From the NCBI GenBank assembly GCA_963422205.2, contig OY728594.2, positions 1 to 52,210 on the forward strand: 52,210 nucleotides of DNA, in the 5' to 3' direction. Shown in pieces: positions 29,701 to 37,928 of the stretch (the stretch's first letter is position 1; every line of letters begins with the position of its first letter). Below the pieces are notes generated by a model. The model was not told where the DNA came from and did not search any database. It saw only the letters and a list, made by a program, of their open reading frames with translations. Origin of the DNA: Gammaproteobacteria bacterium. GTDB lineage: Bacteria > Pseudomonadota > Gammaproteobacteria > Eutrophobiales > Eutrophobiaceae. The translations under genes were made by a program, and so were the position numbers.

Positions 29701-30009
29701 ACACTAGAAGCTGAAACAGACTCCCGAGCTTCTGCGACAGATGTTGGACAAACCGCTTATCAGATTTCAACGGCGTTCGTGCGGTCAGCGCAAAGCGCTT
29801 GCGGCGAGGTTGAAATCTACCAAGCGCGCGTTGCGTCGCAATCCACCACGTTCATGAGCCGGTTTTCTCATTTTTCGGGTCAGCGGTATCGCTACACAGC
29901 AGGGAGCGGGCGCGTATCTGCAACCGCTGACAACACGCGCATTCGTTTTGCCATGAACAACGGCAACATTTTTACTGGAAATTTCTACCTCTACGGTGAT
30001 CTGGCATGA
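26758..30009 (+). CDS. Long tail fibre / receptor-binding protein
   Basis: 1083 aa, GTGLTGGGDLSADRSL and VISPA fibre motifs, C-terminal domain ending RIRF...GNI..GNFYLYG as in marine phage fibres. Confidence 0.8.
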   Translation: MPRFWYNLESNGVFTDTFIPGFNSVPGALSAIASGSQSVLLQNSSNNAFYGLPWNFYQDEQGNQLGTDQASTVTALQAILDGPNAVVTYPKSSPPSSGSLLMWDDSVGAVMDSGIQMLGDQIMVPQNVTFQQRVAALGPQVEQTQIGGFGLLRNIVTDQQFFLIDARFSRTSGSRRASQFFFNAGEEAALTDIYTVTPPDDGQVASDGFQFDWAPNFDGIAWQLQFNGIDALDNLRIRLDDTTDGPAGEPVWYYPDELSFLTEENGTNHAPGLVTLDLEDTSGPIFVTTTRQYRFTLETDGGDIRVAPSTNLPEFRISRQLGERVSYQPNADRYLGTIGDATADFQSWPAGNIGDYLIASTAVTVNGVALAVGTRYRCNADTAAAMPANWIALPIAGAGLSGLTRKTIPVSIGADNIGNSVLSTGQVGSTREIGVFVDGPSVEAELTVQGDMSSNISADPTLPGLPAPSTLFTAPDDACQFTVYGVRVIIGDGLSGGQIQGLRIGIEPASTGQNGNAAMALAGWPTLADYRAGNGQDFTAANVAQEEEFEFDAPIALEPGEEYRVFVDTDERFAIRGMSRGGIFAELLIARADASNRQQLNPNTFSNVQSNAIPLVRSGTAETSLLRQSGSQITTDVTGIFSVQSDQSANQIVDATANFATFNYTLTADRIVSGIGVLVRARAGMNTASFSVRSVNFVNNAVNPATTTPVTIREPGTRTFTVGDTAGDEEFFYVAIDETAVANGDTLQIAVTGDDGVFFGTASPFPGEIASPTLNLQETIRSPIVDASRRIASGTGLTGGGDLSADRSLNVDFASSAEAAAATSTAKVISPARAQDFIDAAGRMQSLGVIAQTAAAGVNHTSFPAANRGDTLFAAESNPGAVNGVTLEAGAIYICQTNNTPANTPADWMRMPIVLRPGGSGLITSATASNSSEIIFNLPSGYSRFRVVMDGVQPGTNNSNLRMEVGNGTSFQTTGYVRAAETLEAETDSRASATDVGQTAYQISTAFVRSAQSACGEVEIYQARVASQSTTFMSRFSHFSGQRYRYTAGSGRVSATADNTRIRFAMNNGNIFTGNFYLYGDLA

Positions 30010-30296
30010 CGGAAAAAGCAAACTTGACCCCAAATCTTGGACCACGCGTGGATCGCCTTGAGTTGGGCCAGGAAAATCTTGGAAATCGCGTAAGAACCCT
30101 TGAGCAAAAAGTGAGCGGAAATGACGCAATGCGCTCAGAGCGTGACAAGCGCATCTTTGAAAAACTGGATGAAATCCAGGCACGACTTGACCGAATGGAT
30201 AGTCACCGTGTTTGGGCAACGCGAACTGTATTGGGTGCGGTTATTCTAGCCGTGGTGGCATTCTTTCTGCGGGGCGGTCTGCATCTTGGGAGTTAA
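30006..30296 (+). CDS. Holin-like/XhlA-like membrane protein
   Basis: Coiled coil followed by a single C-terminal TM segment (WATRTVLGAVILAVVAFFL). Confidence 0.55.
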   Translation: MTEKANLTPNLGPRVDRLELGQENLGNRVRTLEQKVSGNDAMRSERDKRIFEKLDEIQARLDRMDSHRVWATRTVLGAVILAVVAFFLRGGLHLGS

Positions 30297-30528
30297 TTGA
30301 TTTTGCCCTCTCCAGTCGTTGCCTAATAGCTTGCGGCGTAATTCCTTCTGCGCGCGCTGCTTCCGACATACTTCGGTAATTTCCAACCGGTTTGCCGCGC
30401 TGTTTATCTGCGCGAAAATCCAGATTGTGGCGCTTTGCATATTTGGAAACAGCTTGGCGGCTCACGCCAAGCTGTTGCGCGGTTTGGGCCTGCGTCATGC
30501 CTGCCTCATAACAATCTTCGTAAGTCAT
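30241..30528 (-). CDS. Small double-HTH DNA-binding protein
   Basis: TQAQTAQQLGVSRQAVSKY and SMSEAARAEGITPQAIRQRL. AAGGGAG RBS directly after paralog A. Confidence 0.65.
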   Translation of the reverse strand: MTYEDCYEAGMTQAQTAQQLGVSRQAVSKYAKRHNLDFRADKQRGKPVGNYRSMSEAARAEGITPQAIRQRLERAKSINSQDADRPAERMPPRLE

Positions 30529-30540
30529 TTTAACTCCCTT

Positions 30541-31233
30541 TTACGCCGCTTCTAGCAGATTAATGAGTTTTTCGGCCTGCCGCTGCCGGGCAGCAACAGC
30601 GGCATTTACGGCGGCATCTACGGCACAGGCGGCAAAGACGACGGCACGGGCGGCATCGTCTGCGGCATCGTCTGCGGCACAGGCGGTAAGGGCGACGGCA
30701 CGGGCGGCATAGGCGACAAAAGAAGCATCGGCCGCATAGGCGGCGGCATAGGCAGCAGCGGCGGCGACATAGGCTTTTTCCACCACCTCTTTATCCACCT
30801 TTTCGCCTCTTGCCGCTGGCCCTGTGACTTCGCGGCGCACCCGCGCCACAGCTTCTGTTACGTCCGCATCGTCTACCTCCGGCAAATCGCCCAGCAGCCA
30901 GTCGAGGAATTGCCATGTGACCAGGCTTAGATCAGCGCCGGGCTTGATGGCGCCCAGAAACCGCTCCGGCCACGCTTGTGAGTCAGCATCGGGCAGAGAT
31001 TCGAAAATGTCATCCTCCAAGCGCGCCAGTGATTGCGGAATACCAAGCAAATTCTCGTAGGCGCTGTGATCGTTGGGCTGTGCACCCAGATCATGGAGGA
31101 GGCAGCCGACTGCACAGCCCTTGCCATTTTTCCAATATCCGTGATTTTGCACCAGTGTTTCGGCTTTGCGATGGCTGGCCATGATATCCAGCGCTTTGGC
31201 TTTTAAGTCGGGTTGGTTGTGATAAGCAAGCAT
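30541..31233 (-). CDS. MLAYHN-family Ala-repeat protein, paralog A
   Basis: One of six homologous ORFs with a GKGCAVGCLLH head and Ala-rich tail. Confidence 0.8.
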   Translation of the reverse strand: MLAYHNQPDLKAKALDIMASHRKAETLVQNHGYWKNGKGCAVGCLLHDLGAQPNDHSAYENLLGIPQSLARLEDDIFESLPDADSQAWPERFLGAIKPGADLSLVTWQFLDWLLGDLPEVDDADVTEAVARVRREVTGPAARGEKVDKEVVEKAYVAAAAAYAAAYAADASFVAYAARAVALTACAADDAADDAARAVVFAACAVDAAVNAAVAARQRQAEKLINLLEAA

Positions 31234-31250
31234 GATAAATTCTTCTCTCG

Positions 31251-31295
31251 TTTGTTGTATCTGTCAACTTACTTATCTATTCTTTAACTGTCAAC
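31251..31295 (-). promoter_or_regulatory. Repeated sigma70-like promoter (copy 1)
   Basis: Minus strand TTGACA-17-TAAGTT. These 45 bp are identical to 46866-46910. Confidence 0.8.
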
Positions 31296-31310
31296 GGAAA
31301 TTGCCCACAT

Positions 31311-31339
31311 TTGACATCCTCTGTTAAATTTTATTTAAT
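31311..31339 (+). promoter_or_regulatory. Putative promoter for the lysis genes
   Basis: TTGACA-17-TTTAAT, divergent from the paralog A promoter. Confidence 0.55.
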
Positions 31340-31359
31340 AATTGCTAAAGAGGGGAACC

Positions 31360-32064
31360 ATGAAGCGTATAATCATACACTGGACAGGCGGCACGAACAG
31401 CGTTTCCGAACTGGATCGTCAGCACTATCATTTTATCATTGATGGGGACGGCAAAGTTCATGAGGGCAATCTCAAGCCTGAGGCCAATCTTGATTGCACT
31501 GATGGCAACTATGCTGCCCACACACGCCGTTGTAACACAGGTGCAATCGGGGTAGCGCTGGCGGGAATGCATGGCGCAACAGATTTTCCGCTCACAACCG
31601 GCAAATACCCTCTGACATCAAAACAAATTGACGCACTGATCGAATTGTGCGCTGACCTATGCGAAACTTACGGGATCAAAGTTACCCCTAAAACTGTGCT
31701 TACTCATGCCGAAGTTGAGCCTACTCTGGGCATCAAGCAACGCGGCAAATGGGACATCCGCTGGCTGCCTGGGATGACGAGCGTTGGTGGCGCAATTGAG
31801 ATTGGAGACCAGTTGCGCCGTGGCATAAGCAATGCGATGCGGCAAGAGCCAAATGTCAAAATTCGCACAAGCCCAGCACAGTCTAAAGAGGTGCGCGCCT
31901 CAGCAGCGCAAGTTGCGGCAGGCGCGGGCGCGGGTGTATCGGCGGTTGCTGCGCTGGATGGTGCTGCGCAAATCGTCGCGATTGCCTTTGCGGGCGTTGT
32001 CTGTCTGTTGGCTCTCTATCTCATGCGCAAGCGGCTGCAACGGTGGGCACAAGGCGACCGATGA
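31360..32064 (+). CDS. Endolysin, N-acetylmuramoyl-L-alanine amidase (Amidase_2-like) with hydrophobic C-terminus
   Basis: IIIHWT, YHFII..DG, AHT...NTGAIGV and LTHAE motifs. C-terminal TM-like segments. Confidence 0.85.
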   Translation: MKRIIIHWTGGTNSVSELDRQHYHFIIDGDGKVHEGNLKPEANLDCTDGNYAAHTRRCNTGAIGVALAGMHGATDFPLTTGKYPLTSKQIDALIELCADLCETYGIKVTPKTVLTHAEVEPTLGIKQRGKWDIRWLPGMTSVGGAIEIGDQLRRGISNAMRQEPNVKIRTSPAQSKEVRASAAQVAAGAGAGVSAVAALDGAAQIVAIAFAGVVCLLALYLMRKRLQRWAQGDR

Positions 32065-32312
32065 TGTGGCTATCCTTTATAATCAATTCTCGCTTTGGGC
32101 GCGCAGTCGGAATCGCAGTTGGAGCCGTTTTGTTGGTTGTCGGCATTCGACGCTCTGGCTACAACGCTGCCCGGCGGGATCGCGCGGCGGCGGATGTTCA
32201 ATCCTCTCTGGACATCCGTCGTCGCGCGGACGAAGCACTGCGCCGTTCCGAAGGCGATATGCGCCCTGTTGATGATCGGATTGAGGAACACGGGCGGCTT
32301 AGAGATGACTGA
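32061..32312 (+). CDS. Putative inner-membrane spanin
   Basis: N-terminal TM segment plus charged helix, directly after the endolysin. Confidence 0.55.
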   Translation: MMWLSFIINSRFGRAVGIAVGAVLLVVGIRRSGYNAARRDRAAADVQSSLDIRRRADEALRRSEGDMRPVDDRIEEHGRLRDD

Positions 32313-32315
32313 AAC

Positions 32316-32600
32316 GTGTATGATATGACAAATTTGCCCGACTTACCCAAAGACGACGATCCGCACGATCCAATGCTGCCTAACCTGCTTGCCTCGATCC
32401 CAGGCTTGCTTTGGCTTTCGGCGGCAATAGCGGCATTGCTGCTGGCTGGATGCACCTCACTTTCGCCCGCGCCTGCTCAAGCTGTCTGTGACGCACTCAG
32501 GCCCGCCTTGCCGACGTGGAGTGCGCAGGACACTGAGCAAAGCAAGCAGGAGGCGGCGCAGTTTTTAGACGTGTGGGAGGCGGTGTGCAATGGCAATTAA
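32316..32600 (+). CDS. Putative outer-membrane spanin lipoprotein
   Basis: Lipobox LLAGC, Pro-rich, two further Cys. Start codon uncertain. Confidence 0.6.
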   Translation: MYDMTNLPDLPKDDDPHDPMLPNLLASIPGLLWLSAAIAALLLAGCTSLSPAPAQAVCDALRPALPTWSAQDTEQSKQEAAQFLDVWEAVCNGN

Positions 32601-32640
32601 GTGTCATTATCTAGTTTCGCATTGGGAACTACCAGCCTAA

Positions 32641-33621
32641 TTAGCCAAAGCTGATGTATTGCGAAGGTGGATCGTGCGGCCGATAACTGTCTGCGAGTTC
32701 CAACCACCGGCTTAACCTACGCGCCGGCAGGCAGGATTCGCCCCAATATTCAAGGAACAATTCATCGTTCATTTTGCTTGCGGCTTCGGAAATGCGGTGC
32801 GCGTTGTTCTGAATAGAGCGGATCAGGTAATCACCACCGCGTTCTTTTCCCGCTACGCTTCCGGCTGTGAACAGATCGCGGGTTTGTGGCGCAAAAACAC
32901 CGTGTTGCGTGAGCATGTAGAGTGCGGCGTCATCGTATTTTCCGCGTTGTCTTGATCCCTTGAAGATTTGTGGACACATAAGGGCAGCTTCGGCCCGCAT
33001 TTTGTCTTTGGTGCCCTGATCAAGTAAGCGATAAATGCGCACATTTACGGGCAATGTATGCTCACTTTCTTCATCAAACCACCACAACCTTACATCGTCA
33101 CCTATGCGTTCTTTGACGTGATCTTTAACGATAGCCATTTTGGATCGCAGATCAGCTTGTCTAAAATCGTCCATGCTTATGCCGATCTCGCCAAAGAACG
33201 AAGCAACGCCCTCCATATCAATCATGTATCTGGGCGAGTGGGATATTCTAATTCCCTTAATGCAATCGTGATACCAACGCCATCTGACTTCGGGAATGTC
33301 AGCTCTGCAATACACAAGGGCAATATCTCTTGCAGCCTCATCCCTCATTCCTTCAAAGATGCTGTTTCCGGTTCCGTGCCACGTCGATCTGGTCGTGAAT
33401 TTAACCTCGACACCAAACCCGTTGACAACGATATCGGGAAACGCACTGTCATGGAACGAAGGCTTGGCAATTGACGAACCCTCACAGCAAACTCGCAACT
33501 GCGCCAAGACGGTTTTCTCAAACTCCTTGTCATTGGAGTACCCCGGCATTTCCGCCTTGGCTTGCTCGTTCATCAGGACTGTTGCGCGATTCATCAGGTC
33601 GGTGAACGCTTCACGGTTCAT
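32641..33621 (-). CDS. Putative type II restriction endonuclease (PD-(D/E)XK)
   Basis: FPDIVVNGFGVEVK catalytic motif. ATGA-coupled to the C5-MTase. Stop codon lies within the TIR. Confidence 0.75.
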   Translation of the reverse strand: MNREAFTDLMNRATVLMNEQAKAEMPGYSNDKEFEKTVLAQLRVCCEGSSIAKPSFHDSAFPDIVVNGFGVEVKFTTRSTWHGTGNSIFEGMRDEAARDIALVYCRADIPEVRWRWYHDCIKGIRISHSPRYMIDMEGVASFFGEIGISMDDFRQADLRSKMAIVKDHVKERIGDDVRLWWFDEESEHTLPVNVRIYRLLDQGTKDKMRAEAALMCPQIFKGSRQRGKYDDAALYMLTQHGVFAPQTRDLFTAGSVAGKERGGDYLIRSIQNNAHRISEAASKMNDELFLEYWGESCLPARRLSRWLELADSYRPHDPPSQYISFG

Positions 33622-34595
33622 GCAAACACCTGCTCCCAAATTGCTCTGGCAATATGCCACGCCATGACCGGGGGGACCGCGTTGCCGATCTGGCGTTCGG
33701 TTTCACGCATACCACATGGAAAAACGAAATCATCTGGAAAGGACTGAAATCTCGCCTGCTCGCGTAACGAAATACGTCTGGGCAAGCTGTAATGCCACTG
33801 AACATTCCCGTGATGCTCGGCTCGCATGGTTGTTGCTGGAACATCCGCTTTTAATTTCCGTGATCCTTGATCTGGTGAGGCTTTAGCCTTGCTCCATATA
33901 TGCTTGAACTCTGCATCCTCGTTCATGGTCTCAAGATCACAAATCGCATCTGTGGCTGTTGGTGCGCTTGCAAGCGCGCTTGGGAACTCAAACCGCTTGT
34001 CACCGCGAACACCAATAATCAAAAGCCGTTCACGATTTTGAGGCACGCCCCACTGAGACGCGATACAAACTCGCGACGTGACGCAATATTCTGGCAGTGC
34101 AAAATCATCCAAAACCTTTTGCCCAAAATCGCAAGCCAACAATCCTTTGACATTTTCGGCCACGAATACAGCCGGTTTTGTCTTGCGGATCGCTTCAATC
34201 ATGCTCGTGTAAAGGATTGTCCTGCTTCCATCGCCAGCTGATCGCTTACCGTTAACTGATACATCCTGACACGGAAAGCCGCCGATAACGATATCACAGG
34301 ACGCGGGAAGATCGCCAATTAGCGTTTGGATGTCGCCTTGTTGAACGTGATCGCCAATGTTGTCGCGATAGGTCCGACAAGCTGATGCGGATATGTCGTT
34401 TGCAAACTCAATACGGTAGGGCAATCGGTCGTAGGTTTTGCCCATAAACTCAAAACCGCCAAGAAAACCAAGATCCATTCCACCGCAGCCTGAAAACAAG
34501 CTGACAATGGTTTTCTCATCGGGAATTTTGACACCCGCGACACGGGACACAAGTTGTTCAAAATTGGCGGGGATAGATGGAGCGCAATTTGTCAT
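33618..34595 (-). CDS. DNA (cytosine-5) methyltransferase
   Basis: Motifs I (LFSGCGG), IV (GGFPCQ), VI (ENV), VIII (QNRER) and X (IGNAVPP). Confidence 0.97.
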   Translation of the reverse strand: MTNCAPSIPANFEQLVSRVAGVKIPDEKTIVSLFSGCGGMDLGFLGGFEFMGKTYDRLPYRIEFANDISASACRTYRDNIGDHVQQGDIQTLIGDLPASCDIVIGGFPCQDVSVNGKRSAGDGSRTILYTSMIEAIRKTKPAVFVAENVKGLLACDFGQKVLDDFALPEYCVTSRVCIASQWGVPQNRERLLIIGVRGDKRFEFPSALASAPTATDAICDLETMNEDAEFKHIWSKAKASPDQGSRKLKADVPATTMRAEHHGNVQWHYSLPRRISLREQARFQSFPDDFVFPCGMRETERQIGNAVPPVMAWHIARAIWEQVFA

Positions 34596-35509
34596 TCTAC
34601 GCCTCCCACAAGCTGCTTATGCGTCAGCAATCGACCATCAAACTGCCTAGCCGTCTGCGTCATAAAATCTACGGCGTTGCGCGGCAAGTTGTTGCGGGCT
34701 TGAAACTCGTCTACGTAACGCTGTAAGTGCTTCTTGCTCATGTAGTGGAATGTTCCTACGTAACCTCGCTTGAACAAGGCCCAGAACGACTCCATCCCGT
34801 TCGTGCTTACATCATCGCGCACGTATTCCCCGACTGAGTGGTTCACCGCCTCATGCGGCCTGTCGATCCCTTTGTAGGCTTTGGATTCATCGGTGTAGAG
34901 CGTAGCTTCCTTGACGGCGTGATCGTTTACAAAGCCTTGCAACGTCTTGGCGTCTGTATTCTCTACCACTTTGGCTGAAACCTGACCTGTTGCCCGATCC
35001 TTAACACCTGCGATTGGTGTTTTGCCAACCGGACCACGACCCGCCCTGAATTTCTTGTTTGCGTGTTTGTTTTTCTCTTTGCCACCGATATAAGTTTCGT
35101 CGGCCTCAACAGGTCCGGTCATAGCAAAAAGCCCACCCTGATTCCACGCAGCTCGTATCTTGTGTCCAAGACGCCACGCAGCTTCCTGCGCAATACCCAG
35201 CTCACGTGCCAATTGCAAACTGGACACTCCCTTGCGACTTACGCTCATCAGATACATGGCATAAAGCCACTTTTTAACTGGGAGTTTTGCAGATTGCATA
35301 ATTGTCCCGGTTCTGCAGGAAAAGTGCTTGCGGCAATCTTTGCAGCGATAAGGTTGAGGCATTTTTACTGCAACTGTTCGTACTGATCCGCAATGAGGAC
35401 AAAATCGACCATCTTTCCAACGGACGCCTTCAAACCACGCAACTGCGCTTGCCTCATCCGGGAACATCTCATGAAATTGAAATGTGCTGAGTGTGTCCTG
35501 CTTCTTCAT
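34592..35509 (-). CDS. IS1595-family DDE transposase
   Basis: Zn ribbon CPHC..CKDC, ADETYIGG, LYTDE, HSVGEYV, TNGMESFW and KHLQRYVDEF motifs. Confidence 0.95.
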   Translation of the reverse strand: MKKQDTLSTFQFHEMFPDEASAVAWFEGVRWKDGRFCPHCGSVRTVAVKMPQPYRCKDCRKHFSCRTGTIMQSAKLPVKKWLYAMYLMSVSRKGVSSLQLARELGIAQEAAWRLGHKIRAAWNQGGLFAMTGPVEADETYIGGKEKNKHANKKFRAGRGPVGKTPIAGVKDRATGQVSAKVVENTDAKTLQGFVNDHAVKEATLYTDESKAYKGIDRPHEAVNHSVGEYVRDDVSTNGMESFWALFKRGYVGTFHYMSKKHLQRYVDEFQARNNLPRNAVDFMTQTARQFDGRLLTHKQLVGGVE

Positions 35510-35554
35510 CGTTAACCTCTTTCTGTCACGATGAACTTACATGAATCCAGAGAT

Positions 35555-35749
35555 TTAGGCAACAAGTTCTTGGCTAATTAGGCTGGTAGTTCCCTTCGCA
35601 TTCCACAGGCGGCAAATTTCCTCTGCAATTTCTGTGCTGACTTCTTTCGCAACAACCAGTTCCATTTCCTCGCAGACGATGTTCACAAGGCCGTCCGGCG
35701 ATGTTCCGTCACTCCAACGTGCAGTTTTCAGTTTTATTGATTTAGGCAT
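35555..35749 (-). CDS. Small hypothetical protein whose 3' end was replaced by the IS insertion
   Basis: Removing the IS and one TSD restores ...RLWNAKLDNDT-stop near 32597. The ORF now reads into the TIR. Confidence 0.6.
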   Translation of the reverse strand: MPKSIKLKTARWSDGTSPDGLVNIVCEEMELVVAKEVSTEIAEEICRLWNAKGTTSLISQELVA

Positions 35750-35763
35750 ACCCTCTCTCTTCG

Positions 35764-36591
35764 TTACGCCGCGTCGAGCAGTTTGATCAATTGATTGGCC
35801 TGCCGCTGCCGGGCAGCAGTGGCAGCACGGGCGACATCTTCTGAGGCACAGGCGGCATCTACGGCACAGGCGGCAAAGACGACGGCACGGGCGGCATCGT
35901 CTGCGGCATCGTCTGCGGCACGGGCGACGGCACGGGCGGTAAGGGCGGCGGCACGGGCGGTAAGGGCGGCATCTACGGCACAGGCGGCAAAGACGACGGC
36001 AAGGGCGGCATCGTCTGCGGCATCGTCTGCGGCACGGGCGACGGCACGGGCGGTAAGGGCGGCGGCACGGGCGGCACGGGCGGCACCGGCGGTAAGGGCC
36101 GCATCACGGGCATCACTGGCAGCATCAGCGGCTTTTTCCACCACCTCTTTATCCACCTTTTCGCCTCTTGCCGCTGGCCCTGTGACTTCGCGGCGCACAC
36201 GCGCCACAGCTTCTGTTACGTCCGCATCGTCTACCTCCGGCAAATCGCCCAGCAGCCAGTCGAGGAATTGCCATGTGACCAAGCTTAGATCAGCGCCGGG
36301 ACGAATAGCGCCAAGAAACGTCTCGGGCCACGCCTGCGAATCAGCGACCGGCAGGGCTTCGAAAATGTTGTCTTCCAGGCGCGCCAGAGGTTCGGGAATA
36401 CCAAGCAAATCCTCGTAGGCGCTGTGATTGTTGGGCTGTACACCCAGATCATGCAGCAGGCAGCCGACAGCGCAGCCCTTGCCATTTATCCAGTATCCGC
36501 GATTCTGCACCAGCGTCTCCGCTGCGCGGTGACGGCCCATGATCGCCAGCGCTTTTGTCTTAAGGTCAGGATTGTTGTGATAAGCTAACAT
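35764..36591 (-). CDS. MLAYHN-family paralog B
   Basis: ATG at 36591 after GAGAGG RBS. Contains an internal 114-bp tandem duplication. Confidence 0.8.
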   Translation of the reverse strand: MLAYHNNPDLKTKALAIMGRHRAAETLVQNRGYWINGKGCAVGCLLHDLGVQPNNHSAYEDLLGIPEPLARLEDNIFEALPVADSQAWPETFLGAIRPGADLSLVTWQFLDWLLGDLPEVDDADVTEAVARVRREVTGPAARGEKVDKEVVEKAADAASDARDAALTAGAARAARAAALTARAVARAADDAADDAALAVVFAACAVDAALTARAAALTARAVARAADDAADDAARAVVFAACAVDAACASEDVARAATAARQRQANQLIKLLDAA

Positions 36592-36625
36592 GATAGGTCC
36601 TCTCTCTTCGTTTGTTGTTGATGTT

Positions 36626-36646
36626 GAGAGCGCCAATGGCGCTCTC
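36626..36646. repeat. Repeated intergenic hairpin GAGAGCGCC-N3-GGCGCTCTC (copy 1)
   Basis: Same 9-bp stem and flanks occur at 37426 and 46205. Confidence 0.85.
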
Positions 36647-36665
36647 GTTGCTTGATTCCTCTTCG

Positions 36666-37391
36666 TTACGCCGCTTCTAGCAGATTAATGAGTTTTTCGG
36701 CCTGCCGCTTGCGGGCCTTGGCGGCGGCATCTGCGGTGGCATCTACAGCACGGGCGGCATCTACAGCACGGGCGGCATAGGCGGCACGGGCGGCATCTAC
36801 AGCACGGGCGGCATAGGCGGTATCGGCGACGGCACGGGCGGCATCGTCCGCGGCACAGGCGGCAAAGGCGGCATCTGCGGCACGGGCAGCAAAAGCGACG
36901 GCATAGGCGGCATCACTGGCAGCATCAGCGGCTTTTTCCACCACCTCTTTATCCACCTTTTCGCCTCTTGCCGCTGGCCCTGTGACTTCGCGGCGCACCC
37001 GCGCGATCGTCTCAGTCACGTCCGGATTGTCCACCTCGGGGAGGTCCTCAAGCAACCGGTCCAGAAACTGCCATATGACCAGAGTCAAATCAGCGCCGGG
37101 CTTGATGGCGCCCAGAAACCGCTCCGGCCACGCTTGTGAGTCAGCATCGGGCAGAGATTCGAAAATGTCATCCTCCAACCGCGCCAGTGGTTCGGGAATA
37201 CCAAGCAAATCCTCGTAGGCGCTGTGATCGTTGGGCTGTGCACCCAGATCATGCAGCAGGCAGCCGACAGCGCAGCCCTTGCCATTTATCCAGTATCCGC
37301 GATTCTGCACCAGCGTCTCCGCTGCGCGGTGACGGCCCATGATCGCCAGCGCTTTTGTCTTAAGGTCAGGATTGTTGTGATAAGCTAACAT
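36666..37391 (-). CDS. MLAYHN-family paralog C
   Basis: 5' part is near-identical to B. The 3' two-thirds are near-identical to D. Confidence 0.8.
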   Translation of the reverse strand: MLAYHNNPDLKTKALAIMGRHRAAETLVQNRGYWINGKGCAVGCLLHDLGAQPNDHSAYEDLLGIPEPLARLEDDIFESLPDADSQAWPERFLGAIKPGADLTLVIWQFLDRLLEDLPEVDNPDVTETIARVRREVTGPAARGEKVDKEVVEKAADAASDAAYAVAFAARAADAAFAACAADDAARAVADTAYAARAVDAARAAYAARAVDAARAVDATADAAAKARKRQAEKLINLLEAA

Positions 37392-37425
37392 GATAGGTCC
37401 TCTCTCTTCGTTTGTTGTTGATGTT

Positions 37426-37446
37426 GAGAGCGCCCTTGGCGCTCTC
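37426..37446. repeat. Repeated intergenic hairpin (copy 2)
   Basis: GAGAGCGCC-CTT-GGCGCTCTC. Confidence 0.85.
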
Positions 37447-37460
37447 GTTGCTTGTCAGAC

Positions 37461-37928
37461 CTATTTTTTCCATGGCGCTGTTTCAGTATCCGAAGCCTGA
37501 TCAGATTGCGTTGGGTTTGCAGGCGCAGAGTTGTAGGGCTTGTAAGACACGACGCGGTTTTGCGGACCGTAATTCGGATCGTCTTTGACCCGGAGTTTTA
37601 CGCGCATGGGTATCCCATGCAGTTCCTCGGTGTCCTGAATGCGCAGTTTCCCGCAAGCGTGAATGATTGAGTTCAGTTCACGCTGGGCAATTTCAATAGT
37701 GGTTGTATTGTTGTTCCACAAATTTAAAATAGTCCAGAAACGCCGACCTTGTGCATCACCCTCCTGCACTTCAAACTCGCAGTTTACAAACGCATTTCCG
37801 TTGCCAGACTTGGCAAACTGCTTTTCGCTTTTGACGAGTGTAGCCACGTATTCCCCAGCAGGCAACGCAGTCACCTCATTCATGGTTTTGCCGCCAGTAG
37901 CGTCGTATTCACCTCCAAGATCAGCCAT
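37461..37928 (-). CDS. Single-stranded DNA-binding protein (DUF669-like)
   Basis: LPAGEY, GRRFW..LNL, DTEELHG.P motifs and C-terminal APWKK. Confidence 0.8.
   Translation of the reverse strand: MADLGGEYDATGGKTMNEVTALPAGEYVATLVKSEKQFAKSGNGNAFVNCEFEVQEGDAQGRRFWTILNLWNNNTTTIEIAQRELNSIIHACGKLRIQDTEELHGIPMRVKLRVKDDPNYGPQNRVVSYKPYNSAPANPTQSDQASDTETAPWKK

Larger units (their letters stand above)
32624..35594 (-). mobile_element. Intact IS1595-family transposon with restriction-modification cargo
   Basis: Perfect 25-bp TIRs GGGAACTACCAGCCTAATTAGCCAA (32624-32648 and 35570-35594). 8-bp target duplication TTCGCATT (32616-32623 and 35595-35602). Confidence 0.95.
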
